Positions 50,714 through 60,954 are shown, counted from the first letter of the stretch. The stretch is 64,000 nt of DNA from an uncultured Bacilli bacterium (GCA_934168245.1 CAKPMY010000007.1:1834-65833); one strand, 5' to 3'. Notes: generated by a model from the sequence alone, not told the origin. Program-made: numbers and translations.

Positions 50714-51799
50714 CTAATCTAAATGTTTTTGTAAGTCTTTTAAAGTCATTATAAAGTCATTTGTCTTTTTAATTTCTTCATCTAGTTTTTCATAGTTAGC
50801 AGTATTTTCTAACTCTAGATCATTTTGACTCTTAGTTTTTTCAATACCATAAATTGGTGAAATGATAGGGCTTGGTTTATACTTAAATGATTCTTGATAA
50901 ACTGGTCTTTTTTCTCTTTCAACCTTAACTGTATCAAAATCATCTAAAACCATTTGTTCTACTACTGGAGTCTCTTCGATTTTTTCAATGATTGGTTCAA
51001 TTACTGGTTCAGCATATTCAACTACAGGTTCTTCTTCAATGGCTGCTACTTGTTTCATTTTTGCTTCTAAGTCAGCAAGACTGATTGGTTCATTGCCTTC
51101 ATCTTCATATTGAGTTAGTTCGTTGTTAGCATACATTTCTTTAGACTTTTTAATTAATTCATCTAAACTAATGATAGCATCACGTTCTTGAGCCTCTTCG
51201 TAACTAGTTAAATCAATATTTTTAGTTTCTTCTTCGGCTTTTTCTAACTCTTCAGTTAATCTTCTTAATTCTTCTTGAGCTTCTTCATGAGTTGGTTCAA
51301 TGCTTGTATAAGTAATTTCCTCTTCAGCAGGTTCTACTTCCATAGTATCTAGTACTAAATCTTCAACATTTTCAGAAATTTCCTCAATAGTATTTTCAAC
51401 AGGAAGTTGCTCTTCTTTATTTTCAATGATAACTGGCTCTATTTTTTCTACTTCTTTTACTTCTTCTTTAATTTCAATTGGTTCTACGACAGGTTCTTCT
51501 TTTACTACAGTCTCTACTGTAGGAGTTTCAATGTTTTCTACTAAAACGGGTTCAACATAAACAGCAGATTCTTCTTCAGTAAGTTGAACAGGTTCAGGTA
51601 CTTCGATTTTTTCAAGTTCTAGAGTTGAATTTATATCATCAACTAATCTATTTAATTCCTTAGTATTTTGTTTTTGTTTTCTTTTGTAGTAACTTTTGTC
51701 GATTAAGTAAATTATAAAGTATAAAAAACAAGCGATGCCAGCAACAATATAAACAATTATTATTTCTTGTGAAGTTAATAGTTTAATAAAATCGTTCAT
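50714..51799 (-). CDS. Membrane-anchored acidic protein with EPV/EEPV repeats (N-terminal TM, Glu-rich cytoplasmic or extracytoplasmic domain)
   Basis: TM IIVYIVAGIACFLYFIIYLI, then highly acidic repeats. AAGAGGTG RBS. Confidence 0.5.
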   Translation of the reverse strand: MNDFIKLLTSQEIIIVYIVAGIACFLYFIIYLIDKSYYKRKQKQNTKELNRLVDDINSTLELEKIEVPEPVQLTEEESAVYVEPVLVENIETPTVETVVKEEPVVEPIEIKEEVKEVEKIEPVIIENKEEQLPVENTIEEISENVEDLVLDTMEVEPAEEEITYTSIEPTHEEAQEELRRLTEELEKAEEETKNIDLTSYEEAQERDAIISLDELIKKSKEMYANNELTQYEDEGNEPISLADLEAKMKQVAAIEEEPVVEYAEPVIEPIIEKIEETPVVEQMVLDDFDTVKVEREKRPVYQESFKYKPSPIISPIYGIEKTKSQNDLELENTANYEKLDEEIKKTNDFIMTLKDLQKHLD

Positions 51800-51988
51800 T
51801 CATGTACACCTCTTATTTAAAGAATAGCACATGTAATTTTTAAAGAAAAGTAAAGATTAGTTTTTTATAAAAATTTTACAATGGCTTTTACGTTTTTCTA
51901 CGTTTGTTCGATTTACAAGATTTACACTTTTAGAAGAGACGTTTTTTTGTTATGTAATTTTATTTTAAAGTGTTTCATATAACTTACT

Positions 51989-53290
51989 ATGAAAGAAAAA
52001 TTTATTAAATCAACATTAGGATTATTAGTGGGAGGATTTTTTACTAAAGTACTAGGAATGGTAATTAAAATAGTAATGAGTAGACTTATTGGGACTGATG
52101 GTTTAGGACTTTATATGTTAATTTTACCGACCTTTTCTCTTTTTATCGGAATAAGTCAGTTGGGAATGCCGGTGGCTCTTGCTAAATTGATTGCGGAAGA
52201 TACTAAGAATAATAAAAGATTATTCTTTTCAGTGCTGCCGGTAATACTTTTAGTTAATGTTATTTTGATTGTTATTATTTTACTTTTTGCTCCTATTCTT
52301 GCTAATAAGTTACTTAATAATAATTTGACTTATTATGGTATTTTAGCGATTGCTTTGGTAATTCCTTTTACTAGTATTTCTAGTATTTGTAGAAGTTATT
52401 TTTTTGGAAAAGAGAGAATGGTTCCACATGTTGTTTCTAATTTACTGGAAGATGTTGTTAGACTTAGTTTGATGATTGTAGGTATTCCTTTTGTTATAGA
52501 TAAGGGTATTCAGTATGCAGTTTGTTATATTATTGCTTCTAATGTTATTAGTGAAGGAGCATCTATTTTAGTTTTATTTTTATTTTTGCCGAAAGGAACA
52601 TTTATTAAAAGAAGTGATTTAAGGCCTAATAAAGGCTATATACAGGAATGTTTATCGATTGGTATACCAAATACTACTGGAAGATTAATTGGAAGTGTTG
52701 GGTACTTTTTAGAGCCAATAATTTTAAGTTTAGTACTACTTAGTGTAGGATATAGTAATGGGTATATTGCTAGAGAGTATGGAATATTATCAGGATATGT
52801 TATGCCATTATTACTACTCCCATCTTTCTTTACGTTGGCTATTTCACAAGCACTTTTACCAGTTGTTTCGAAAGAGTTTTCAAAAGGAAGAAGTAAAAGT
52901 GTAAAAAAGAAGATAAGACTTGCTATTACGTTTTCAATGGCGATTGGAATTCCAGCAACTATTCTTTTTATCTTATTCCCGGAGGTTTTTTTAAGAATAA
53001 TTTATCATACATCGGAAGGAGTTACTTATATGAGAATACTTGCTCCTATATGTTTATTACAATATATACAAAGTCCATTAGCATCGGCACTTGATGCGAT
53101 GGGAAAAAGCAAAGATGCTATGGTCGCGACAACTCTTGGAATGATTACTAGGACGGGATTATTATTTGGGCTTTCATATTTAAAAATTGGAATGTATGGG
53201 TTAATTATTGCGATTAGTATTAATGTTTTAGTTGTTACAGTATATGACTTATGGAAAGTACATAGTCATTTAAAAGAAAAAGATGCCTAA
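51989..53290 (+). CDS. MOP-superfamily polysaccharide/oligosaccharidyl-lipid flippase (Wzx/SpoVB/MurJ-like)
   Basis: About 12 TM, 433 aa. N-terminus resembles SpoVB/Wzx family members (FTKVLGMVIKIVMSRLIG). Confidence 0.75.
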   Translation: MKEKFIKSTLGLLVGGFFTKVLGMVIKIVMSRLIGTDGLGLYMLILPTFSLFIGISQLGMPVALAKLIAEDTKNNKRLFFSVLPVILLVNVILIVIILLFAPILANKLLNNNLTYYGILAIALVIPFTSISSICRSYFFGKERMVPHVVSNLLEDVVRLSLMIVGIPFVIDKGIQYAVCYIIASNVISEGASILVLFLFLPKGTFIKRSDLRPNKGYIQECLSIGIPNTTGRLIGSVGYFLEPIILSLVLLSVGYSNGYIAREYGILSGYVMPLLLLPSFFTLAISQALLPVVSKEFSKGRSKSVKKKIRLAITFSMAIGIPATILFILFPEVFLRIIYHTSEGVTYMRILAPICLLQYIQSPLASALDAMGKSKDAMVATTLGMITRTGLLFGLSYLKIGMYGLIIAISINVLVVTVYDLWKVHSHLKEKDA

Positions 53291-53294
53291 GCAT

Positions 53295-55325
53295 CTAGTT
53301 ATAAATATATAATTCATGTTGACATCTAGTACAAGCAACATATAATAAGTTTCTTTCGTTCTTACGATAAGAATTGTTACGATCGTTATAGATAATAACA
53401 CTATCAAACTCTAAACCTTTAGCAATATAGGCAGGGATGACAATTAAATTTTTCTGGAACTTTTTCGTATTAGCCTCAATTAAAGAAATGTTTAGAGAGT
53501 CTTTTAAAAGTTCATATAACTCTTCGGCTTCTTTATAATCTTTTGTTATAACAGCAGTACTTTTATATTCTTCTTGAAGAGTCGTTATATCTTTTAAAAG
53601 AGATGTTTTTAAGTCTTCGATATTTCTTCTAAAGATTACTGGTTTATTATTATCTTTACGAATAGCATTGACATGTTTTAATTTAAGGATCTTATTAGTA
53701 TACTCAATTATTTCAGGGGATGAACGATATGTTTTTAATAGTTCTAAGTACTTGGTATCACCCGTAAATAACGGACTTAGATCTGCTAAGGAGTTATAAC
53801 TGTAGTATGGATTTATATTTTGATTAATGTCACCTAGAATTGTGAAGTCGGCTTTTCTAAATATTTTGCTTATTATTACATATTGAAGCATATTGTAATC
53901 TTGAGCTTCATCAATTACTACTTGTTTTATATTAGCCTCGTATGGAAAACCTTCCAAGGTACCTTTAATGTAGGAAAAGATTAAAGCATCTTCATAGTTA
54001 ATGATATTTTTCTTGATAAAAGAATTTACTTCTGTTTCTGATAAAGGCATTTTACAAAATGGACTAGACCAAAAGGTTGCATATATTTTTTTATAATCTT
54101 TTTCAAAGTTAGATGATTCTTTTAGAAGTTTACCAAATGTTTTGACTTTTTTATTACTACCTTTATAAAATTGTTGAGAGAGTTTTTTAGACATTTCTTC
54201 TAGCCGTTCAAATAATGGAAAACGATCATATTTATAGGTTAACATTTCGTTTAATTCTTCTTTTAAGACTACATTAAATTCGTTTTCAATAATATCTTCT
54301 GTGAATTTACATTTTAAAAGATAATCTGTTAAATAAGCATCAATATCGGCAATTATTTCATCGCTTTGCTTGTATTTTACTAGGTCTGGATTTTTTTCAC
54401 TATAGGTATAATATCTAGAAACAAAGTCGGTGAAAGTTTCGACATCTTTATACTCAGTTATAAAATATGATAAGTAGTCATTAAAGGTTGTCTGTAAGGT
54501 ATTATTTTCTCCAAGAGATGGTAAAACGTCAGAGATGTATTCGGTAAAGACATTGTTTGGAGAAAATATTAAGATATTATTACTGGTTAAGTTTTTTAGT
54601 CGATATAGTAAAAAGGCAATTCGATGAAGAGCGACTGTTGTTTTGCCGGAACCTGCTATTCCTTGAACTATTAGGTTGTTATCTTCTAGGTTACGTATGA
54701 CTTTGTTTTGTTCTTGTTGAATGGTATTGACAACATTTTTCATTCTTTCACTGGACTCGGTTGCTAGAACTTCTTGTAAGACTTCATCATCAATATTTAG
54801 AGAGTTGTCAAAGACTCCTACTAATTTATTGTTTTCTATTTTATATTGGCGCTTACGTTTTAGTTCGCCTTCGAAAATGCCACCTGGGGCTTTGTAAGAG
54901 CAAGGGCCTATTTCGTAGTCATAGAAAAGACTGCAAACGGGACTACGCCAGTCGTATAAAATGTTATTTAAGTTGTCGTCTTTTAAGTAAGTTAGAGAGA
55001 TGTAAATATTATGAACTTTTCCCTCGTCATCTTTAAAAATTATGGAAGCAAAGTAAGGTTTATTTTTTATTTGACATAACTTTTTAAAATAGACTTGTTT
55101 TTGTAGGGCGCGGTCTGCTTCACCGGCTGTTGCAGCCATTACTTGTTGCATCTCGGCTTCATCAAAACTGGTAGAGTTTTCCCACATCATTTTTTTGAAC
55201 TCTTTTAAGTTTTCTTCATCATTATAGACATCTTCTCCTAATGATGATAAAGTGTCACCTAATAACTTTTGAACTTTCTTTAAAATTTTCTGTTCTGTTT
55301 TAAATTCTTGTTCGCTAATTGCCAT
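53295..55325 (-). CDS. HelD-like (helicase IV / UvrD-family) DNA helicase, paralogue 2
   Basis: QGIAGSGKTTVALHRIAFL Walker A. Same architecture as paralogue 1. AAGGAGGT RBS. Confidence 0.8.
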   Translation of the reverse strand: MAISEQEFKTEQKILKKVQKLLGDTLSSLGEDVYNDEENLKEFKKMMWENSTSFDEAEMQQVMAATAGEADRALQKQVYFKKLCQIKNKPYFASIIFKDDEGKVHNIYISLTYLKDDNLNNILYDWRSPVCSLFYDYEIGPCSYKAPGGIFEGELKRKRQYKIENNKLVGVFDNSLNIDDEVLQEVLATESSERMKNVVNTIQQEQNKVIRNLEDNNLIVQGIAGSGKTTVALHRIAFLLYRLKNLTSNNILIFSPNNVFTEYISDVLPSLGENNTLQTTFNDYLSYFITEYKDVETFTDFVSRYYTYSEKNPDLVKYKQSDEIIADIDAYLTDYLLKCKFTEDIIENEFNVVLKEELNEMLTYKYDRFPLFERLEEMSKKLSQQFYKGSNKKVKTFGKLLKESSNFEKDYKKIYATFWSSPFCKMPLSETEVNSFIKKNIINYEDALIFSYIKGTLEGFPYEANIKQVVIDEAQDYNMLQYVIISKIFRKADFTILGDINQNINPYYSYNSLADLSPLFTGDTKYLELLKTYRSSPEIIEYTNKILKLKHVNAIRKDNNKPVIFRRNIEDLKTSLLKDITTLQEEYKSTAVITKDYKEAEELYELLKDSLNISLIEANTKKFQKNLIVIPAYIAKGLEFDSVIIYNDRNNSYRKNERNLLYVACTRCQHELYIYN

Positions 55326-55463
55326 ATATACCTCCTTAATTTATTCTTTAAAAACCAAAATACTACATTTATTCATGTAGTTATAATTATCATATAGTAT
55401 TTTTTCGCTAAACGTCTGTTTCAATATATCATAAGTTTTAGAATTAGACAAGAGGATTTTTAA

Positions 55464-55491
55464 AAGAAAAAAAATATTCCGAGTGGAATAC
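55464..55491 (-). terminator. Rho-independent terminator after paralogue P1
   Basis: tattcc-gagt-ggaata hairpin followed on the minus strand by an 8-9 nt T-run. Confidence 0.5.
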
Positions 55492-55507
55492 TTTTAGTTA
55501 TCTTATT

Positions 55508-56101
55508 TTATTTAGAAAAAACATGGAAAGTGCCTTTTAGTTTATCGTTTTTAGTATAGGCTTTTTCGGTTTCTTTTGTTTTTTCATTTTCTGCAAAATA
55601 GTCAATAATATCATCTAGGAAGACCATTTTCATATCTGATAAACTACTACATACTTTAATATCAGCAGTTTTTGGACATGCTTGTTGTGGTCCTTGTTCT
55701 GGTTGATAAACTACCATTTCATGATTAGGACATCTCTTATAGAATCTTACTGGATGTGGCATTCTATATTTTTGGTATCTTACGCTGATATATCTTTCTT
55801 TTGTTGATGGTAAAGTGGCTTCTTTTATAGGACATTGTACTGCCTCAACATAAGTTAAAGGTTTAGTTATGATGTTCATGGCTGGTTCTATATGACCAAG
55901 CATATATGTAGTTGTCTCAGCAGAAATTACTTCTTCGCCGTTTTCGGTAGTTTCAATTTCTTTTTTTACAACATCAATTTGGACTGGACTATTTTCTTTT
56001 GGCCATTTGATATTTTCTAGATCTTCGACGTTTGTAGTAAATGTCGCACAACTTCTTGGAAAATCTTTGTTACAACGATAATAAATATCTAATTTTTTCA
56101 T
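55508..56101 (-). CDS. Paralogue P1 of an unrecognised ~160-200 aa family (N-terminal KLD(I/V)YY(R/H)C motif)
   Basis: The ATG at 56101 (MKKLDIYYRC) has an AAAAGGAGAAAC RBS; the track start is an upstream TTG. Shares PxQIDVVKxEIE and KTADxKV motifs with P2. Confidence 0.6.
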   Translation of the reverse strand: MKKLDIYYRCNKDFPRSCATFTTNVEDLENIKWPKENSPVQIDVVKKEIETTENGEEVISAETTTYMLGHIEPAMNIITKPLTYVEAVQCPIKEATLPSTKERYISVRYQKYRMPHPVRFYKRCPNHEMVVYQPEQGPQQACPKTADIKVCSSLSDMKMVFLDDIIDYFAENEKTKETEKAYTKNDKLKGTFHVFSK

Positions 56102-56149
56102 AATATTGTTTCTCCTTTTATACAATTATTTATAAGTGGTTGTTTTACT

Positions 56150-56749
56150 TTACTTGTTTTGATTGTTAGCACTTGAGTGGCTTTTATATTTTGCATACTT
56201 TGAATATGTTTTACTTGGAGCATCTTTAGTACTTTGTTCACCTAAGTAGTCAATTACATCACTAATAAAGGCTTTTCTCATTGCTAGAGGTATACTAAAT
56301 ACTTTTACATCTGCTGTCTTAGCATATATTTGCTTTTTACCATTTGGTAATTCAAATACGGCTACTGCTGGATAGCAATAGTCTTTATAAAGTACTGGTG
56401 TTGGTGAAAGCAAATGGTCTTTAAAGACTTTATTTTTTTCGACTTTAGTATTTGATAACATTTTTGTTCTATATGGTGTTATGACAAATCTACCCTCGTC
56501 TTCTTTTACTTCTTTTAATACTTTAGCAGTTTGCTCAGTTGTACCAATCGTGTACTTAGTTGTTGATGTTTTAATTACTTCATTGCCATTCTCATCATTT
56601 TCAATTTCTGATTTGACAATATCAATTTGCATTGGAATACGGTTTACTGGTACATTTATATTTTCAACCGACGTAACATTTTCAACTTTAAACTCTCCAT
56701 TATCTTGATTATTAGGTTTACAATGATAATAAACATCTAACTTTCTCAC
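56150..56749 (-). CDS. Paralogue P2 of the same family
   Basis: GTG start preceded by GAGGGGGG RBS. MRKLDVYYHC...PMQIDIVKSEIE...KTADVKVFS. Confidence 0.6.
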   Translation of the reverse strand: MRKLDVYYHCKPNNQDNGEFKVENVTSVENINVPVNRIPMQIDIVKSEIENDENGNEVIKTSTTKYTIGTTEQTAKVLKEVKEDEGRFVITPYRTKMLSNTKVEKNKVFKDHLLSPTPVLYKDYCYPAVAVFELPNGKKQIYAKTADVKVFSIPLAMRKAFISDVIDYLGEQSTKDAPSKTYSKYAKYKSHSSANNQNK

Positions 56750-56912
56750 AATTATATTCCCCCCTCAATAGTGCACATATTATAACATGTTTTCTGATTT
56801 TTTGCAAGTTTTATCTGCTTGAGCGATGCTTTTTGGAATGCCTTTGGCAAGGAGCGTTTTAGTTTTTTTTAGAATACTAGTTAATTATTTTTCTTGCTCA
56901 CAACCGGCTACG

Positions 56913-56941
56913 ATAAAAAAGAAAAGTTTAATTAAAACTTC
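56913..56941 (-). terminator. AT-rich hairpin terminator immediately after P3
   Basis: aagttt-aatta-aaactt palindrome followed on the minus strand by ttcttttttat. Confidence 0.4.
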
Positions 56942-56944
56942 TCT

Positions 56945-57448
56945 TTAGTAGAAACTACTTTTTTGGTAGACTTTAGCATTGGCTACTCTTTCAGCAATAC
57001 TTTCGTGTTCCTGTTCTTTTTGTTCAAAATAAGTTCTTAAATAAAAGAAGAAACCGTCTCTTAGACTCTCTGGTGTAGGAAATACTTTTACATCAGGAGT
57101 TTTTGGTCTTGCGTATCTTACTCCTGATGGGGTTGTATATATAACCATGGTATGATCTTGGCAGCTTCTATGGAAGGCATACGGATCACCTACTTTATGT
57201 TTGTAGACAGAGGAGAACACTTCATTAGAATCTCGCTCTTCGCCTACCGTATAAATAACTTTATTTCTAAAGAAATTTGTTTTTAATTCAGCATCTAAGT
57301 ACTCAATTTCATGAACTATCTCAATAACGTAAGGTGTTTCATCCTGTGGAAAACAAATCTGATCTTCCTTACTTATGTTTCCTACCTGCTTAGAAAACTC
57401 ATTTGGTTTTTCTGGGTCACAATAATATATTACATCTAATCTTTCCAT
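56945..57448 (-). CDS. Paralogue P3 of the same family
   Basis: MERLDVIYYC...ETPYVIEIV...KTPDVKVFPTPE. AAGGAGA RBS. Confidence 0.6.
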   Translation of the reverse strand: MERLDVIYYCDPEKPNEFSKQVGNISKEDQICFPQDETPYVIEIVHEIEYLDAELKTNFFRNKVIYTVGEERDSNEVFSSVYKHKVGDPYAFHRSCQDHTMVIYTTPSGVRYARPKTPDVKVFPTPESLRDGFFFYLRTYFEQKEQEHESIAERVANAKVYQKSSFY

Positions 57449-57593
57449 ATTTTTATCTCCTTAATACTTTATTATTTGTTTTCCTTTTTATCCTTTTTAC
57501 TAAAGTGTTTTTTAGAAAAATTAATATAGTGTCTTGGATTAATATTACTAAAAAATTAATAATATTTAAGTATGTGTAGTTAAGTCAGATTTA

Positions 57594-58082
57594 TTATTTT
57601 TGATAAGTTTTTGGTTCTTCTTGTTTTACGTTTTCACTTGCAAAAAATAGTAATTCAAAGTTTAGTAAACCTTCTTTTAAGTCCTCTGGTGTTTTAAAAA
57701 CTCTTATTCTATCTGTTAATAGTTCTATATATCTTCTTTTCTTCTTTGGAGTCTTATAAACGGCAAATAAGGTATCATGATTGCCAGGTGTAACATAACG
57801 ATTTACTATTGGTAAGTCTCTTTCCATTCTTGTTTTTGAAGTTGCTGTTTGAATTATTTTTCTTGATGTTAAGACTTCACCTACCATGTAAGTTATTTTT
57901 ACCGGTATTTGTTTTTCTTCTAGGTTGGCATCTAGGTATGTTACAGGCTGATATATATCAATTAAGTATGGAGTCTCTTTTGGATAAGAAGTCTTAGCAA
58001 TGGAGTCAACGTTAAAGGCACGACTAGTTATTTGAGTTGGATCTTCACTATTACAATGATAATGTATTTCTAATTTTCTCAT
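57594..58082 (-). CDS. Paralogue P4 of the same family
   Basis: MRKLEIHYHC...ETPYLIDIY...IRVFKTPEDL. Starts 12 nt after the pmm/pgm stop. Confidence 0.6.
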   Translation of the reverse strand: MRKLEIHYHCNSEDPTQITSRAFNVDSIAKTSYPKETPYLIDIYQPVTYLDANLEEKQIPVKITYMVGEVLTSRKIIQTATSKTRMERDLPIVNRYVTPGNHDTLFAVYKTPKKKRRYIELLTDRIRVFKTPEDLKEGLLNFELLFFASENVKQEEPKTYQK

Positions 58083-58094
58083 AATACTCTTTTA

Positions 58095-59468
58095 CTATTT
58101 ATTATATTCTTCAATTAAACTGATAAACTCTTGTTGTAACTCTTCAAGGCGAGATTCTGTCTTGGCTTCAAATCTGGCCGTTATATTTGGACCAGTATTT
58201 GAGGCTCTAACCAAGGCCCAGCCATCATCAAATAATACTTTTACTCCATCAATGTCTAAGAAGTTATAGGCTTTACTTTTAGCGTACTCAGCAATTTTAT
58301 CAATAATGGCAAACTTTTTGTCATCACTACTTTTAAACTTTAATTCTTCTGTTGAATAATATTTATTTATTCCTGCTAGTAGTTCAGTTACTGTTTTATC
58401 AGTATTAGATAGAATTTCTAAAAGACGAAGTCCAGCATATAGTCCAGAGTCAAAGCCTGGCCATTTGTCTCTAAAGTAAACATGGCCTGATAGTTCACCA
58501 CCGAATGGAAGATCATCATCGCGAACTTTGGCTTTGGTATAGGAATTACCAGTACGATAACATAGTCCTTCTCCACCAAGACGTTCGATTTCATCACTTA
58601 GTGATTTAGAACATTTTACATCATATAAGAATTTTTTCTTACTAACTTTGTTAATAAGATCCCTGATAATAATAATCATATATTGGTCTGTTGGAATAAA
58701 AGTTCCGTCTTCAGCAACAACTCCTAACCTATCGCCGTCACCATCAAAGCCTAAACCAACATCGGCTCCCAATTCTTTTACTTTGGCTTTTAATTGAGCA
58801 AGATTATCTTCAACACATGGATCAGGATGATGATTCGGGAAAGTTCCGTCACTTTCACCATTGATTACATGTAGTTCCATTGGAAACATTTCATATAACT
58901 CTTTAGCAATGATACTAGTTGTACCATTACCTGGATCAATTACTACTTTTAACTTTCTTGGACCAAAGTGTAGATTAGTTCTAAATAATTCTAGATATTC
59001 TTCTCTAATACTATAATCAGTCACAGTCCCTGTTCCAGTAGCGAAGTCGCCTTGTTTTATATAAGCAAGAAAATCTTGAATTTCTTGACCTTTACAATTA
59101 CCCTTTTCATCAAAGGCAAACTTTAGACCGTTATCATCTTTAGGATTATGAGATGCTGTAACCATTACACCAGATGGAATGCCTAGTTTTATACAAGCAT
59201 AGTAATACATTGGAGTTGTACATAGACCTAGAGAAATAATATTTATACCAGTTTCAGTTATACCTTGGATTAAAGCATTATATAGGCTTTCACCAGATAA
59301 ACGATTGTCATGGCCAATTACACAAGTAGTTTTACCAATACTTTTAATATAACTACCAAAACCAAGACCAATAGTATATACGGTATCTTCATCTAGTTCA
59401 GTAGGATAAATTCCTCTAATGTCATAACCTCTAAAAATATTTTCATTTATATTTTCTTTTATATTCAT
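58095..59468 (-). CDS. Phosphoglucomutase / phosphomannomutase (alpha-D-phosphohexomutase family)
   Basis: Active-site TASHNP, metal-binding DGDGDR, sugar-binding GGELSGH. GGAGG RBS. Confidence 0.85.
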   Translation of the reverse strand: MNIKENINENIFRGYDIRGIYPTELDEDTVYTIGLGFGSYIKSIGKTTCVIGHDNRLSGESLYNALIQGITETGINIISLGLCTTPMYYYACIKLGIPSGVMVTASHNPKDDNGLKFAFDEKGNCKGQEIQDFLAYIKQGDFATGTGTVTDYSIREEYLELFRTNLHFGPRKLKVVIDPGNGTTSIIAKELYEMFPMELHVINGESDGTFPNHHPDPCVEDNLAQLKAKVKELGADVGLGFDGDGDRLGVVAEDGTFIPTDQYMIIIIRDLINKVSKKKFLYDVKCSKSLSDEIERLGGEGLCYRTGNSYTKAKVRDDDLPFGGELSGHVYFRDKWPGFDSGLYAGLRLLEILSNTDKTVTELLAGINKYYSTEELKFKSSDDKKFAIIDKIAEYAKSKAYNFLDIDGVKVLFDDGWALVRASNTGPNITARFEAKTESRLEELQQEFISLIEEYNK

Positions 59469-59679
59469 TAAATCTTAACCTCCTATTAAAAGTATAACAT
59501 ATTAATATTAGAATAAGGAATAAAAATAGATTTTTTAGGTGAAAAGATAGAAATTATTTCAAATGAGGCTGCTCTTTTTTGGAATATTCATGTACTTAAT
59601 TGTGGCTTTATTTTAATTTAACAAAAAAAATGACCTTAAACTTGAAATAGGTTGGTTTAAAGATCATTTTCTTTTTTAA

Positions 59680-60954
59680 TTAAGAGTATTTTTTTAAGAC
59701 ATAGTCATTTATTTTGGTTGGATCATTTTCTAATTTATTAATAATTATTTCTCTTTTTAGGTCTTTTAGAATAGTACCGATTTCTTTACCGGTATAGCCT
59801 AATTCAATTAAAGCCGAACCATTATAAGTTATTTTCTGATATTTAGTTTTTACTTCTAAATATTTTTCTTTTAATAATTCTAAATCTTTAAGTCTAGATA
59901 AATATTCTTCATTTTGAGACTTGATGTCGGCTTCTTTTAAAGCAAATAATAATTCGATATAGTCCATGTCATATTTTTGATAGAAATCATAAATTTTAGC
60001 TGGCCTTGGACTTAAGGTGTCTTCGTGATAAGATATTAAATTGGCGACAATCTTTTTAGTTTTATTATCTAGTTTATACTCTTTAGCAAACTTTTTAAAT
60101 ATATCAAGACTGGCTTTCGAGTGATGAAGAAAATGACCAGTGTTAGTCTCATCTAGAGTGAACTTTATTGGTTTACCAGAATCATGAAATAAAGCGGCTA
60201 GACGAAGATAAAGATTTTTATCAGTTTTAGAAACAGTTTTTACAATATGAGTATAGACATCATAGATATGATATTTATTGTGTTGATCAAAACCATCGCA
60301 GGTTCTAAGGGCTGGAATTAGTTCAAAAAATATTTCCTTGTACTCTAAAAGATAGTACTCAATATTATCTGATAATAATATCTTTTTTAACTCTTCATAG
60401 ATTCTTTCCTTAGAAACATTTTTTAAGAGATGGGCTTTTAGAAGTAACTGGTCTTTTAAATTGCTATCAATCTTAAAATTATATTTGTCTGCTTGGCGAA
60501 GGGCTCTTAATATTCTTAATGGATCTTGTTCTAGTCCTTCACCAGATTCTTTTACTAGAGAGACTTTTTTATTTTTAATATCTTCTACTCCACCGACGTA
60601 ATCAATTATATTACCGGAGATAGTGGCCGCTAGAGCATTCATTTTAAAGTCCCTGTTTTCTAAATCTTCTTTTAGTGTTGTTCCTCTAAAACTTGAGAAC
60701 TCAATATCATAATTATTTGTTCTAATTACTCCAGTATTACGATGAGAATTTTCTTTCATTATAGTTAGTGCTGGTAGCATCTCTTTTAATTTAGAAAGAG
60801 GCATGTTAGTAGTTAAATCATAGTCTTTATTTTCGACATTTATAATGTAGTCTCGAACTGCTCCACCTACTAAGTAACATTCATAACCGGCAGCAATAAC
60901 TTCTTGCATAAGGCTTTTTAAGTAACTTGGTAAAATCATAGTTAAGTTGGTCAT
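59680..60954 (-). CDS. cca: CCA tRNA nucleotidyltransferase
   Basis: GGAVRD nucleotidyltransferase motif and a C-terminal HD-like region. AAGGAGGTG RBS. Confidence 0.9.
   Translation of the reverse strand: MTNLTMILPSYLKSLMQEVIAAGYECYLVGGAVRDYIINVENKDYDLTTNMPLSKLKEMLPALTIMKENSHRNTGVIRTNNYDIEFSSFRGTTLKEDLENRDFKMNALAATISGNIIDYVGGVEDIKNKKVSLVKESGEGLEQDPLRILRALRQADKYNFKIDSNLKDQLLLKAHLLKNVSKERIYEELKKILLSDNIEYYLLEYKEIFFELIPALRTCDGFDQHNKYHIYDVYTHIVKTVSKTDKNLYLRLAALFHDSGKPIKFTLDETNTGHFLHHSKASLDIFKKFAKEYKLDNKTKKIVANLISYHEDTLSPRPAKIYDFYQKYDMDYIELLFALKEADIKSQNEEYLSRLKDLELLKEKYLEVKTKYQKITYNGSALIELGYTGKEIGTILKDLKREIIINKLENDPTKINDYVLKKYS

Noticed and set aside
56750-56944. Structured small RNA in the 195-nt P2-P3 spacer
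   Set aside because: Only an AT-rich terminator hairpin for P3 and a T-rich tract are evident. No conserved motif could be recognised by eye.
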